Below the pieces are notes generated by a model that had not been told where the DNA came from, did not search any database, and worked only from the letters and a program-made list of their open reading frames with translations. A stretch of 64,000 bases of DNA from Eledone cirrhosa (Eukaryota): the NCBI GenBank assembly GCA_964016885.1, contig OZ024741.1, positions 153,512,001-153,576,000 on the forward strand, in the 5' to 3' direction. Positions within the stretch are counted from its first letter, which is position 1, and each line of letters starts with the position of its first letter. The translations under genes and the position numbers were made by a program. Shown here piece after piece: positions 1 through 12,365 of the stretch.

Positions 1-69
1 CCATGCAAGCGTGGAAGATGGACGTTAAACGATGATGATGATGATGATGATGGCATATACATATATATA

Positions 70-216
70 CATGGTGGCTGCCAACTCGTTTTCGAGTACG
101 GCCACTACTTTATATCCATGTAGGAGAACCCTTACCGATGCGCTGAACGAGTGTGACTTTTTAGTCCAACCAGCGACTTGAAAACTCTGGTACAAACGCT
201 ACACTTGTGATAATCA
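70..216 (-). mobile_element. 3' end of an RTE-clade LINE (C-terminal C2H2 knuckle and short 3' UTR)
   Basis: Minus strand DYHKCSVCTRVFKSLVGLKSHTRSAHR*, then a short UTR ending in (TA)n. 5'-truncated. Confidence 0.6.
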
Positions 217-457
217 TTGAGACATAGTGCTGGGCCTATGGTACCATGTGACAAGTGCAGAGAGATCTCCAGATATAAAGCAATGCCTACATACATACAC
301 ATATAAACAGATATTGGTGATGATGATGATGTATATATCTGTACATAGATACACACATATATATATACATACATACATATACACACACATACACACACAT
401 ACATACATGTATATATACACATCTATACATACGCATGTACATATATATATATATATC

Positions 458-1108
458 GGACTCGGCGCAATTAACGGATCTTGTGGGGCTTTTTATTAAC
501 AATACTTTACATAGGAAAATACTGGAGATGACCGGTGGTTTATATCGTGACAATATGTTATTACTTATTGAAAATAATAATAATTGTGAAGTAAATAGGA
601 AAAGAAAAGAAATTATACAATTTTTTAAAAGCGTTAATCTTCAAGTAGAAGTAGAGAATAATTATAAAATAGTTAATTTTTTAGATGTAACTTTAAACCT
701 TAACACTGGTCTTTATTATCCATTTCATAAAATAAATGAGAATTTAAACTACGTTAACATTAATTCCAATCACCCCAGATCCGTTAAAAACACTATTGTA
801 AATTCTGTGCAGCAACGTATTTCTAGAATTTCAGCGAATAAAAATATATTTGAAGATAAGGCACAATATTGTAACGAAGCGTTAGGTAGATCAGGCTATA
901 GTAATGAAATTAAATACATTGACAATAAGGATGTGCCAATTAACCATAACTATAAATATAATTATAATAGGAAACCTTGCACTAACTCGAAAATCAAAAG
1001 AAAAAATAGAACTAGAAATATATTATGGTTCGCTCCCCCTTTCTCATTAAGTATTAAAACTCCTATAGCTAAATTATTCTTTAAAGCTCTAGATAAGTGC
1101 TTTCCCAT
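458..1108 (+). mobile_element. Penelope-like element (PLE) reverse transcriptase fragment
   Basis: DSAQLTDLVGL...GGLYRDN (degenerate YRDD)...NFLDVTLNLNTG...YVNINSNHP...RNILWFAPPFS, typical of the PLE RT/thumb region. Related to the fragments at 55010 and 60870. Confidence 0.75.
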
Positions 1109-1545
1109 CCTGTACATCACATTTCTTTCTTTCTTCCAGTCACTTCTGTGCGCCAGTGTACTTCTCCTTGTCCTCCTCTTTCAATCTTTTCTATATTTCA
1201 TCTGCCTGTCACCCACCTTGTGGATTGTCTCTGTTGACCACTGGCAGAAGGTCTCCGTCCTCTGAGGCATTTTTGGCCATCACTGTCATCATCATCATCA
1301 TCATCTTCGTTTAACGTCTATCTTCCACACTAGCATGGGTTAGCATTTAGCAGTTTTAACAGCAGTTCAAGCGATGAGTTTTCTTATTTCTATTTGTATT
1401 CAAATACACTCTTGGTTCGTCTCGATCAGAGACATTTTTTGTATGTGTATGTATATGTGTGTGTGTGCTATTAAGTTAGACATGACCTGGGCCAATACTG
1501 GCCAAAACCTATCAAAGTTATATATATATTATATAAAGGACTTCA

Positions 1546-1811
1546 TTTTCGAATTTTGATTTACAAATGTTTTATTCTCATTAGGACTTATCAAAATCAA
1601 TCATTTTATCAAGTCACCTCAACACATTCATCTTTTTAAACACATATATATATATATATATATATGTGTGTGTATATATGTATATATAAGTATGTATATG
1701 TGTATATATATATATACATATATATGTGTTTAAAAAGATGACTCTTGATAAAATGATTGATTTTGATAAGTCCTAATGAGAATGAAACATTTGTAAATCA
1801 AAATTTGAAAA
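1546..1811. repeat. Foldback hairpin: about 90-100 bp inverted arms around a TA/TG microsatellite
   Basis: ttttgatttacaaatgttttattctcattaggacttatcaaaatcaatcattttatcaag is mirrored by cttgataaaatgattgattttgataagtcctaatgagaatgaaacatttgtaaatcaaaa. Confidence 0.9.
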
Positions 1812-1943
1812 AAAAAATTTATAAGGAAGTATATGTAGCCTTATGTACAGTTTATTATTATAAGTTACCATATTTTGAACTGGTATAACTTCACTTACTT
1901 CTTTCCAGTTTTAATATTCAAAAACAAAGTCCTTTATATAATA

Positions 1944-2345
1944 CTAGCAGATATACCCGGTGTTGCTCAGGTATTAAATAGCAGTTGTGTATACCATTTA
2001 TGTCAATACTTCAGTGCTACTTCGAAAACTAACTTTTACAAAATCATCAGCTTTTTCCAAAAGAGGGTTCCTGCCCCCAGGGGTCCCCTATTCAATATGT
2101 GCCAATTCTGAGAGTTCACATTCATCTGTAGGACAAACGTAGCCCATGTGTCAAGATTTGTGAAAATCGGTTGCGAACTCCAGAAGTTATGACGTTTTGT
2201 TGCATTGCACTGCAGTTCTTCAGTCGACTCCAAGGAAGTGGTTAAAGGAGGTTATCTGCCGGGAGGCCCTATAATCAATATCTGTAAAAATGAAAGTGCC
2301 CATGACCATCCGGTATACATAAGTAACCTTGTTTGGTGAAAATAC
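1944..2345 (-). mobile_element. Helitron-like non-autonomous element remnant (3' end at about 1944)
   Basis: The minus strand ends acctgagcaacaccgggtatatctgCTAG|t, a degenerate subterminal hairpin followed by CTAG. Confidence 0.5.
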
Positions 2346-3050
2346 TGTAGAAATGCATAAGGTTTATACACGCGCGCGCTCATGGGGGGGGGGGGGGTAT
2401 TATTTGTGTGTGCGTATGTATGTCTGTCGGGGCATACGTATGTACTGGCCTAAATCTTCACTATTTACTTTTACTATTTTAATAACCTCTGTCATTTTTT
2501 GTTTTCAATTTTATTTACATCATTCTTAAACTCCGGGGCTGGAAATCATTCTGTTATGTTAAATAGAATATTAGTCTAACGACTCCATTTATACCATAAA
2601 CTTGGTCTTGTCTTTACATGAAATTGTTCTTCACGCTCCACATAACGACGTATTATCCTCGCTTTTTTTCCGTTCATTGCCAGGGAACGTCTTCACGAAC
2701 CAAAATATCGTCTTCCTGTTTTCGTTCGGTTGGAACGTTTCTCGAAATATTTACTTCTGCGTTCACAGGTTACTCTCAGTTCAATTTGAATGGGAAATTC
2801 CTGTTTCATCGATTTTCTCTGTAACCATGGAAGCTTGTACCCTCCTCGGGTCATTCTACATAACTGTGTAAATTTTCACTGCATTCCACCAAGCTGTTTC
2901 GATGTTTATCCGACTACACTTACTTACTTAAATATACAACGTCCGACCACTTCCAATTTATATAGTATATATATATATAACTTTGATAGGTTTTGGCCAG
3001 TATTGGCCCAGGTGATGTCTAACTTAATAGCACACACACGCGCACACACA

Positions 3051-3090
<40 letters not shown>

Positions 3091-3215
3091 TATACAAAAG
3101 AATGTTGTCTCTGATCGAGACGAACCAAGAGTGTATTTGAATACAAATAAGAAAACTCATCGCTTGAACTGCTGTTAAAACTGCTAAATATATATGTGTA
3201 TATATATATATATAT

Positions 3216-3360
3216 GGAGGCACATGGCTTAGTGGTTAGAGCATTGGCCCTGCAATCGAAAGGTTGTGAGTTCAATTCTCAGACCGGGTGATGTGTTGTT
3301 TCCTTGAGCAAGACACTTTATTTCATATTGTCCAGTTTACTCGGCTGTGGAAATGAGATG
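3216..3360 (+). mobile_element. tRNA-derived SINE
   Basis: A box TGGCTTAGTGG, B box GTTCAATTC and a ccttgagcaagacactt core. Related copies at about 8860, 12046-12256 (-), 12745, 19676 and 35265. Confidence 0.75.
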
Positions 3361-3389
3361 ATAGGGACTGGGGTCCCTATCATTCCACT

Positions 3390-3560
3390 GCAAAGTGGTC
3401 GTGGAGGTGCCACGGCAAAAAAGCACCCAGCACTCACTGTAAATGAGGTTGGTGTTAGGAAGGGCATCCAGCTGTAGAAATCAAGCCAGAATCAGTTCTA
3501 GTCCCACCTTTGCAAGCAGGGAAAAAGCGGACGTAAAATGAAATGATGATGATGATGATA
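3390..3560 (+). mobile_element. SINE body with RTE-type (GAT)n tail
   Basis: ggtgccac..aaaagcaccc..tggtgttaggaagggcatccagctgtagaaa..ggacgtaaaa(tga)n. Many copies, e.g. 1-52, 1285-1345 (-), 5630-5900, 6240-6380, 14470-14610, 25680-25980 and 33420-33825. Confidence 0.7.
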
Positions 3561-4479
3561 TATGTATGTATATGTGTATATATAAGCAGGGAAAAGTGGA
3601 CGTAAAATGATGATGATGATGATGATGTATGTATATGTGTATATATATATATGTATGTATGTATATGTGTATATATATATATGTATGTATATGTGTATAT
3701 ATGTGTATATATATATGTATGTATATGTGTATATATATATATATGTGTATATATATATGTATGTATATGTGTATATATATATATGTGTACATATATATGT
3801 ATGTATATGTGTATATATATATGTATGTATATGTGTATATATATATGTATGTATATGTGTATATATATATGTATGTATATGTGTATATATATATGTATGT
3901 ATATGTGTATATATATATGTATGTATATGTGTATATATATATGTATGTATATGTGTATATATATATGTATGTATATGTGTATATATATATGTATGTATAT
4001 GTGTATATATATATGTATGTATATGTGTATATATGTATGTATATGTGTATATATATATGTATGTATATGTGTATATATATATGTATGTATATGTGTATAT
4101 ATATATGTATATGTGTATATATGTATGTATATGTGTATATATGTATGTATATGTGTATATATGTATGTATATGTGTATATATGTATGTATATGTGTATAT
4201 ATGTATGTATATGTGTATATATGTATGTATGTGTGTATATATATGTATGTATGTGTATGTGTGTATATATATATGTATGTGTGTATGTGTGTATATATAT
4301 ATGTATGTGTGTATGTGTGTATATATATATGTATGTGTGTATGTGTGTATATATATATGTATGTGTGTATATATATATGTATGTATGTGTGTGTGTATAT
4401 ATATATGTATGTATGTGTGTGTGTATATATATATGTATGTATGTGTGTGTGTATATATATATGTATGTATGTGTGTGTG

Positions 4480-4510
<31 letters not shown>

Positions 4511-4750
4511 ATATATATATATATATGTATGTGTGTGTATATATATATATATGTATGTGTGTGTGTATATATGTATGTATGTGTGTGTATATATATGTGT
4601 ATGTATGTGTGAGTATATATATGTATGTGTGTATATGTGTGTGTGTATATATATATATATATATGTGTGTGTGCATGTGTATATATGTGCATGTGTGTAT
4701 ATGTATATATGTATACATTTATGTGTGTGTGTGTATATATAAATATATAT
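3560..4750. repeat. Compound (TA)/(TG)/(TATG) microsatellite with a 24-bp higher-order unit
   Basis: Directly visible. The unit gtgtatatatatatgtatgtatat repeats around 3800-4020. Confidence 0.95.
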
Positions 4751-4751
4751 A

Positions 4752-4845
4752 CAGGGTGTTCCAAAAAATGTATACACGCTTTGAATACCTGTATAAGCAT
4801 TATTTATTAGAATGCTATTGAAGTGTATATACATTTTGGGGGGAC

Positions 4846-4852
<7 letters not shown>
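4752..4852. mobile_element. Tc1/mariner-type MITE
   Basis: TA|CAGGGTGTTCCAAAAAATGTATACAC ... GTGTATATACATTTTGGGGGGACATATGTG|TA, with imperfect TIRs. Confidence 0.55.
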
Positions 4853-4891
<39 letters not shown>

Positions 4892-5396
4892 GTGTATATA
4901 GAGATAGCAACATGAATGGACCTGTTATTTTTCTTTTAAAAAAATTGTTTTTCCGTTTCCACCCTGCCTGTCTCCTCAATCTTTCTATTTCTTCTTTAAT
5001 TTCTCATTCTTTCTTCTGATGAAGGATTAGTGTCCAAAATGTTGGCACTCTCTTCCTGCTATTTCAGGCGTTAAACTAATATATTCCTTCCATTTACTAT
5101 GCATTTCTTTGGTTTATTTTTTGTTATTTCTGTTTACCTTTTACATACAATCTGTATATATATTGTTATACTTTGGGAGGGTCATTCTGCCAATAAAAAC
5201 ACATGCACCTGTTGGTTTTTTCTTCAATTTACTATAAATTTCCGGTTAGTTGGTTGGTTTATATATTGTCAAAGCTCTTTCATCACACATTCTGTGACTT
5301 CCTTAGTGACTGGGTTTTTATTTTGCCTTTGTTCTGTCCTACATCATCTTGTTTTTGTGCCTTGTTTGTTATATATATATAAAATATATATATTTG

Positions 5397-5600
5397 AAGG
5401 ATGACAGCTGCATAAAAAGGTGCAGAGCACTAGAAGTTGATGGAAACCGCGGAGTGGGGAGACCCAAGATGACTTGGGATGAGGTGATAAAAGCCGACCT
5501 TACCCAACTACACCTCTCAAAGTCAATGACACACGACCGTGACTTCTGGCGTCACGCAGTAATACAGGGTACTCGACCTCCCATGGGTACATGCTGAAGC
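5397..5600 (+). mobile_element. RTE-clade LINE C-terminal fragment
   Basis: DDSCIKRCRALEVDGNRGVGRPKMTWDEVIKADL..DRDFWR contains the GxRxxGRPxxTW motif. Confidence 0.75.
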
Positions 5601-6377
5601 ATATAAACAATATGCCCCCCCCCCCCCACCGCAAGGTGGTCGTGGAGGTGCCACGGCAAAAAAGCACCCAGCCCACACTGTAAAGTGGACGTGTAGGCGC
5701 CACGAAAAAGCACCCAGCACTCACTGTAAATGAGGTTGGTGTTAGGAAGGGCATCCAGCTGTAGAAATCAAGCCAGATCAGTTCCTGTATGAGCAAGGCA
5801 TGGTCAGCCGACCAGACACTGCCCACAACAGGACAACCCGTCTAACCCATGCTAGCGTGGAAGAACGGACGTAAAACGGTGATGATGATGATGATGATGA
5901 AAATATATTAAACTTCTGCCAAAATCTCATTTTGGGAGATAACAAGCCAAAATCGGCTAAAGAAAGATCACTTTAACTTATATAATACCCCAACCATGGT
6001 TTCTAAAACTCAAGATACATCAGGAGATCCAAGACATTGGAATAACCAATATTGGAAGAATTTAAGTTTCGTCATTGGGAGGTGAATTTTAATAATAATT
6101 TTGGTACTTGTCTGGGTGGAAGATGGACATTAAACGTTGCTGATGATCATATTTTTGTCTTTTCATTGAGATGCTTATGTATTAGAGGCAGTTAACTTTA
6201 TAGAGTTATAAATTGATATATGTGTGTGTGTGTGTGTACATATTGGTGTTATGAAGGGCATCCAGCTGTAGAAATCAAGCCAGAATCAGTTCTATATGAG
6301 GAAGATATCATCACCTGACCTGGCATTGCTCATCACATTGCTAACATGGAATAATGGACGTTAAACGGTGACGATGA

Positions 6378-6443
<66 letters not shown>

Positions 6444-7269
6444 TTGAAACTTCTGTGTAAGAGTGTGCAAATCCCTAGCAGGAATAGAAAGCCATGTTCA
6501 TGCTGCTCGTGCTTAAGTATCAAAAACGTGTATATATATATGTGTGGGTGAATATATATAATATATATATATATATGTATGTATGGTCCCGTAGCTCCTG
6601 ATAGTTGTAGGGGCGCTGTATTGACATACGGCGTTTCATGTGCATTTTAAGCCTGGCGGAGCCCATCCCTCTCCAGACCTGAGTATAGCTGATTTCTTCT
6701 AGAGAGGGGAAGAATCGACTGGTACTTTTTTTATCAACCTCAAAAGGATGAAAGTTGACCTCGGCAGGATTTGAACTCAGAAAGCCAGAACGAATACCAT
6801 AAAGCATTCTACCCAACGTTCTAACAATTCGCCGCCTTATGTATATATGTATATACCAACCCCCTATTTTATGTCTGAGAAATGGGCAAAGCTCCAAACC
6901 CTAGGTATAAGCCGAGGCAGATTAACACATTGTTTAGATGATGTGGTTTTGTAAATTCCCGGGTGTGGAGAAAATATTTATGAAGTTTTTAATATTTTGT
7001 TATCTAAAATGTCTGTGTTGTTTAGAGTATAGTTATTGTTTCACAACTCCATTACATAATTATCTTTTACCAATTACCAACCATTTTGAAGGCCATAATC
7101 TTTCAAAACACTTTAAAAAAACAACAATAGGAATAACTAATTTCACCTCCAAAGTGAAACCAATGTACAAGAGTAATTCAAAAATTATCTGCACTTTTAT
7201 CATAACCCTATCTTTAGGTTTGTCACACTGTCTTCTGTTTATGTGTGATTATAGTTGGTACTATTGTGA

Positions 7270-7299
7270 TCACGTGATCAATGTTTGAGCTTGATCACA

Positions 7300-7336
<37 letters not shown>

Positions 7337-8072
7337 CTGTTACAGTATAAATATGGCCTCTTCACTAGCAGTGTGCACCAGGATGTTTCCTCTCAATAAT
7401 CTGTCTTTTGAATTCTGGGTCTTTGTGATGGACCTACATTTGATCTCCTGTGATTATTCTGCTCAAAAATTCTTCACCTTAATTGTTGTAGTGGTCAAAT
7501 ACACATAGGCAGGCCTCAACACATTTGTGCTCTGCGGTAAAGCTTTCTTGGCACCCATCCCGTACAGATTGTATGGAAGCCAAGCTCGTTGTGGATGATT
7601 TGATAGGCAGAACCTTGATTAATCTGCAGAGAACATGCTACCTCATGGAAGGTAACTTGCCGGTTTGCCCTTACCATCTCTCAAGCTTGCTGAATCTTTT
7701 CGTTAGTGGTGTAGGTTATTGGACATCATGTTCCTCCTTTGTGCGTCATACTTGTCCAGCCACTTTTAAACATACTTCTACATGGTAGTGCACTGTTGCA
7801 GTATTGTGTTAAAAGCCTCCAATGAATTTCAGCCCCTAACACACCTTCTGACCAGAGCAATCGGATCACTACTCTTTGTTCTTTGTGCACACTGCTAGTG
7901 GAGCAGCCATGTTTATGCTGTAACTGCAATAAGAAAACTGGTGCGATCAAGCTGAAATTTCAATCATATGACCACAATAGTACCAACTATAAGCTTGCAT
8001 ATGCAGAAAGCAGTGTGACAAACCTAAAGATATGTTATGGTGAAAGTGCGGATACTTTTTTACTTACTATCA
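7270..8072 (-). mobile_element. Degenerate mariner transposon (transposase remnant)
   Basis: Minus strand EQRVVIRLLWSEGVLGAEIHWRL (HTH), WVPRKL, and RIITGDQ..VHHKDPEFKRQ (first catalytic D). A TIR-like aaagtgcggatacttttt lies near 8043-8072. Confidence 0.75.
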
Positions 8073-8241
8073 TAATATTCACCTCTAAAGGGAATGTATT
8101 TTAGCATGTCATTTACATAAAATTTGAAGTTGGTGAAAATCAAATATAAGCTTGATTCTCTCTCCCACCGTCCCATTTTACCGTGGTGTTTTTTGTTTTT
8201 GTTTTTTGTCATATATTTCTAGGCTCATATACTAATATATG

Positions 8242-8283
<42 letters not shown>

Positions 8284-9288
8284 ACTTTGTGTGTATATAT
8301 ATATATATGTACTTTGTGTGTGTATATATAATGTATATGAAAGTTTGTTTATCTTTATGCCACATCATTTCTCATTGTGGCATTAAATTTCAGGATCCAT
8401 TCCAGAATATTCCATAAACAAAAATATCTGGTATAAACAGGATGATGGAAAAATAACTAGAAATTCTCATGGAGTGAGAGTGGGGCAGTTAGGAAATAAT
8501 ATTCTAAATAAAATAGAACATTTTCATTTCTGAAATGGCAAATTGAAAAATTTGTTGTTTCTCCTCCCTTCTCTCTTTAGTCTCTCTTTCTGTCTCCCTA
8601 TCCTCACTCTTCATTGTTTATGCACAGTTTCATATAAATTCATATATATGCATAATGTGTTTGTGCTTGCGTTTATGGGAAATGTACAATTTTTGAATTC
8701 ATACATCCACACCCACATGTGGATCAATAATTTGACCCTGTCTGTCACTGAAACTGCATTTGTAAATTGGTGTGTAGGTAAACAACTTTATAGAATCTAT
8801 AACTCAAGTTATGTAATGTTAAAAGAAAGTTTCTGCCATATTGAGCATGTGTGTGTGTGTTTGGCTTTGTGGTTAAGAAGTTTGCTTTGCAACCATGTGG
8901 TTTTAGGTTCAATCTCACTGTAGTACCTTGGGCAAGTGTCTTTAAGATGACACCTCTTGAGCAACTGATGGCATTTTTTGCATCCTGCATAAACATACTG
9001 CAATACCGTGGTTTGATGGGTAAAAATATGTTAATTTTGTATCATGTATAAAAATAATCATTGCTATCATGAAGAGCATCCAACTGTACAGAACTGCCTC
9101 ACAAAAGTCTCAGCTAACCCATGACAGCATGAAAAAGCAGACGAAAAATGATGACATATTTTATGTGTTTGTGTGTGTCTGAATATATATATATAAAGGA
9201 CAAGTTGCTAGATCTTCATTTTGTGTTTTCATATAAGTATTGTTTTATATCTATTTACAATAATGGATTTCTATTTTCCTTCCTTCAG

Positions 9289-9473
9289 GGACTGGTGAGT
9301 CTGGAAAGAGTACATTTATCAAGCAGATGAGAATTATCCATGGTGCTGGGTACTCTGAAGAAGACAGAAAAGGCTTTGAAAAAATTGTTTACCAAAATAT
9401 ATTTTCAGCCATACAGACTCTTATAGCTGCAATGGAGACATTGTGTCTAGAATATAAGACTTCTGGCAATAAT
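9289..9473 (+). CDS. GNAQ: G-protein alpha-q subunit, coding exon 2 (P-loop/G1 and start of helical domain)
   Basis: Polypyrimidine tract and ttcag acceptor, then (G)[61 protein letters not shown], then gtaagt donor. GTGESGKS is the Gq-class P-loop. The 185-nt length equals vertebrate GNAQ exon 2. Confidence 0.97.
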
Positions 9474-9529
9474 GTAAGTATACATTAACCCTTAACATCT
9501 TGAAAGGATTTAGCAGAAAATATCTTTAA

Positions 9530-9745
9530 CCCTTTAGCATTTACATAGCTCTATATTTACTATTGTATTTTTGTGGTAAAGACTTTATCTTACATAATTA
9601 TCTTGCATAATATCAAATCTGAGATTTTGTTATTTATTTTGAGAACAATACCTTAATATCAGTATGAGAGGCCAGTTATGGCCAGTTTGAACCGATATCA
9701 GTGAAAGAATTCTGGATCGATATGGCCGGTTTAAATGCTAAAGGG
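9530..9745. mobile_element. TTAA-type (piggyBac/Kolobok-like) MITE
   Basis: ttaa|CCCTTTAGCATTTA ... TAAATGCTAAAGGG terminal inverted repeats. Confidence 0.65.
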
Positions 9746-10358
9746 TTTTTAAAAAATGAGTTTTATTAATTCAAATGTTTTTAATATCTTTACTGGTAGA
9801 CAGATCATTGTGAAAATTTGCTGTACCAGAATAAACTCTTTAATTTTTAATGTGATGCAGTTGAGGTAGTTTTTTTATACTTTTCAAGAATGTCTTAGGT
9901 TGTAATTTAACTTGGTAATTCACAGCAAACATATTCTGTTTAGTAGACAAGGATTAACCGTAGTCCTGATTTTCTTTTAATTTCCCCTCTCAACACACCT
10001 TTAACATATTCTAAGAACAAACCTGTATACAGCCACTTGATCTGCTAGATATATCAGTGAAATCTCCCTCCTATTACATCCTACAATCTTAAAAAAAAAG
10101 AACAGTATATTGGACAATACAGCCCTAGATATACTTAAATTTGATCAGAAGGTTGGTCATTCTTGAATTATCTTAGATTAAGTTCAAGAAATTGATATTA
10201 CTTTAGCAGGAAATCCCATTTGCCCTTTAATTTGGGTCTAATTTGTATCTTTCCAAATATATGTATAACCATTGCTAACATGGAAAACAAATGTTAAATG
10301 GTGGCAATTTATTTGTTTTACAAGGTTTTTGATATGAAATCGTGTGTTGAAACAAATA

Positions 10359-11300
10359 GTTATATTTGGGGAGGGTCATGTTGTCCTAATATTGCCAAAA
10401 ATAAAAATAAAACACACTCACTGTTTGGTTTGGTTTTCACTTCAGTTCAGTATATCTTCACCTTGGAGCTAGTCGATTTAGAAAGGCCCTAAGAACAACC
10501 TGTTTAAATATTAAAGTGGTAGAAAAGCCAGGAACTACCATAAAATCCCTGATCAGTAAAATTTACCCCATTAAGAAAGCCTGCTGTACAAATAGGAAAT
10601 GTATAATATCTAGAGTAAGTTCACAAATAAATTGTAAAACTAGAAACATAGTCTATAACATAAAATGTATAGAGGATACCTTCAGAAACATGATAACGAT
10701 GTATATAGGAGAGATGGCCCATAGCAGAGGAGAGAGAATAGATGCACACTGAAATGAACTAAAAGGACAAAAAGACTATTTAGTACTATATGAAGATGGC
10801 AAAATAGACAACATAGAAGTTAAAATAATATCTAAACATAGGAATGACTCGACACTTATACAAATTAGGGAGGCTACAGAAATAGAATTAAATAAACCTA
10901 TGCTGAACAGAAAACATTAATAGAATAGCAACAACTATACACAAACACACACTAGTGACCAAAGATAGAATATAAACATACGAACTCAAACACATGACAA
11001 ACAGAATACAGGCACACACAAACACATGCACAGAGACAACCAAAAAAGACATTATAGAAACACAATGGGAGGAAATCACTGAAGATGTCACAGAAAAATA
11101 TGTATGACGAAAAAACTTTGAGAATTTATATTTATAATTTCAACTGTTGGTCAATCAACGATAAACATTGATTGCCAACTAAATTATTTATAAAAATATA
11201 AAAATATACTGAACTGAAGCGAAAACCAAACCAAACAGTGAGTTTGTTTTATTATTATTTTTGGCAACATTAGGACAACATAACCCTCTCCAGATACAAC
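10359..11300 (+). mobile_element. Penelope-like element 3' part: GIY-YIG endonuclease remnant and pseudo-LTR, with an inverted copy of the terminus at the 5' side
   Basis: CCTNRKCII..CKTRNIVYNIKC..MYIGE..RIDAH..IREATEIELNKPMLN (GIY-YIG signature). 10359-10455 and 11204-11300 are about 97-bp inverted repeats. Confidence 0.75.
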
Positions 11301-11416
11301 AATAAATGTTAAGTGGTGATGATTGTTAGTGTTGGATGAAATATCATGAAATGTTTATTCCTTCTTTTTACATTTTAAGTTCAAATCCTGCTGTGGCTTA
11401 CTTTTGTAACTGACTT

Positions 11417-12365
11417 ACCGTGTTATATACTTGAATATAAGTTGTCGTTGTCCCCCCATTTTATGTCTGAAAAATGGGCAAAAATCCAAACCCCGTTTAT
11501 AAGCTGAGGCAGCTGATCAACAGATTTAGATGGTATGGTTTTGGAATTCTTATGAGTATAGAATATATTTATGAAGTTTAAATATTTTGATGTTTGAAAT
11601 GTTTTGCGTAACTCCATTGCGTACTGATTTTTGTACCATTCATCCATTTTATAGTTTCAACAAGTTTCTTAAATTTTTGTTTACTTCCAGCCACTCACAT
11701 GCTGGGAGTAGTTGAAAGCAAGAGATCGAATAAGAGAACTTTGTATAGGGATTTATAGAGTAAAAAAGGGAGGGAGAGACAGCAAGTGAGAGAGGGGGGG
11801 GGGGGGTTAGAGTGAGAAAAAGAGAAGGCAAGAGTGAGACAAGTCAGAAGTAAGATTGAAAGAAAATATTAAATCAGGGAAAAACTGCATGTATATGTGT
11901 GTGTGCACGGGATATTTATATATTAATTTGTTGGAAATATTTTCAGGGGAATGCTTAAATAACTGTAATAGCAATGTATTAAATGTAGAAAAAGTGTTTC
12001 ATAGTAAAATAATTGCTCAAGATATTTTAACACCTTATATGTAGAATAAGGAACGATCGACCTTCGTCAAATCGGACTGAGGAAACAATGTTTCCGTTGG
12101 TCTTTCTAATTGCTAATACTATCTATCGGTTGCAACTCCAGGTAGGAGCAACGTGAAAGTGTCTTGCTCAAGGACATAACGCATCGCCTGGTCCAGGAAT
12201 CGAACTCACAACCTCACGATTGCGAATCCAATTCTCTAACCACTCAGCCACATGCTTGTATGTAGAATTTGAAGTTGGTGAAAATCATCAAAATATTGAC
12301 CCCGAATATAAACCATTGATTTTTTTTTTTTTGTCATTTCTCAGCTTATATTTGAGTATATACAG
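11417..12365 (+). mobile_element. Non-autonomous Tc2/pogo-like DNA transposon with a nested SINE (12046-12256, minus strand)
   Basis: Ends TA|CCGTGTTATATACTTGAATATAAG and CTTATATTTGAGTATATACAG|TA. The nested SINE is flanked by the duplication ctt(a/g)tatgtagaat. Other copies at about 6850-7100 and 8100-8150 (split by the mariner) and 28460-29185 (inverted). Confidence 0.65.

Larger units (their letters stand above)
1347..3189. repeat. Long inverted repeat pair (arms about 1347-1530 and 2970-3189)
   Basis: The arms are near-identical reverse complements apart from short indels. The ORF track shows the same peptide (IQIHSWFVSIRD...CAIKLD.TWANTGQNLSKL) on opposite strands. Confidence 0.9.

Noticed and set aside
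2600-2900. Possible BEL/Pao LTR-retrotransposon C-terminal fragment on the minus strand (DDILVREDVP..ARI)
   Set aside because: Similarity is too short and degenerate to support.
3216-3290. tRNA gene
   Set aside because: A and B boxes are present, but there is no proper cloverleaf and the sequence continues into a SINE core.
3455-4834. 300-460 aa ORFs in six frames
   Set aside because: Same microsatellite artefact.
1-9288. Gq coding exon 1 (expected to end ..RRELKLLLL)
   Set aside because: Not found by eye. It presumably lies upstream of the window, so no start codon or promoter is called.
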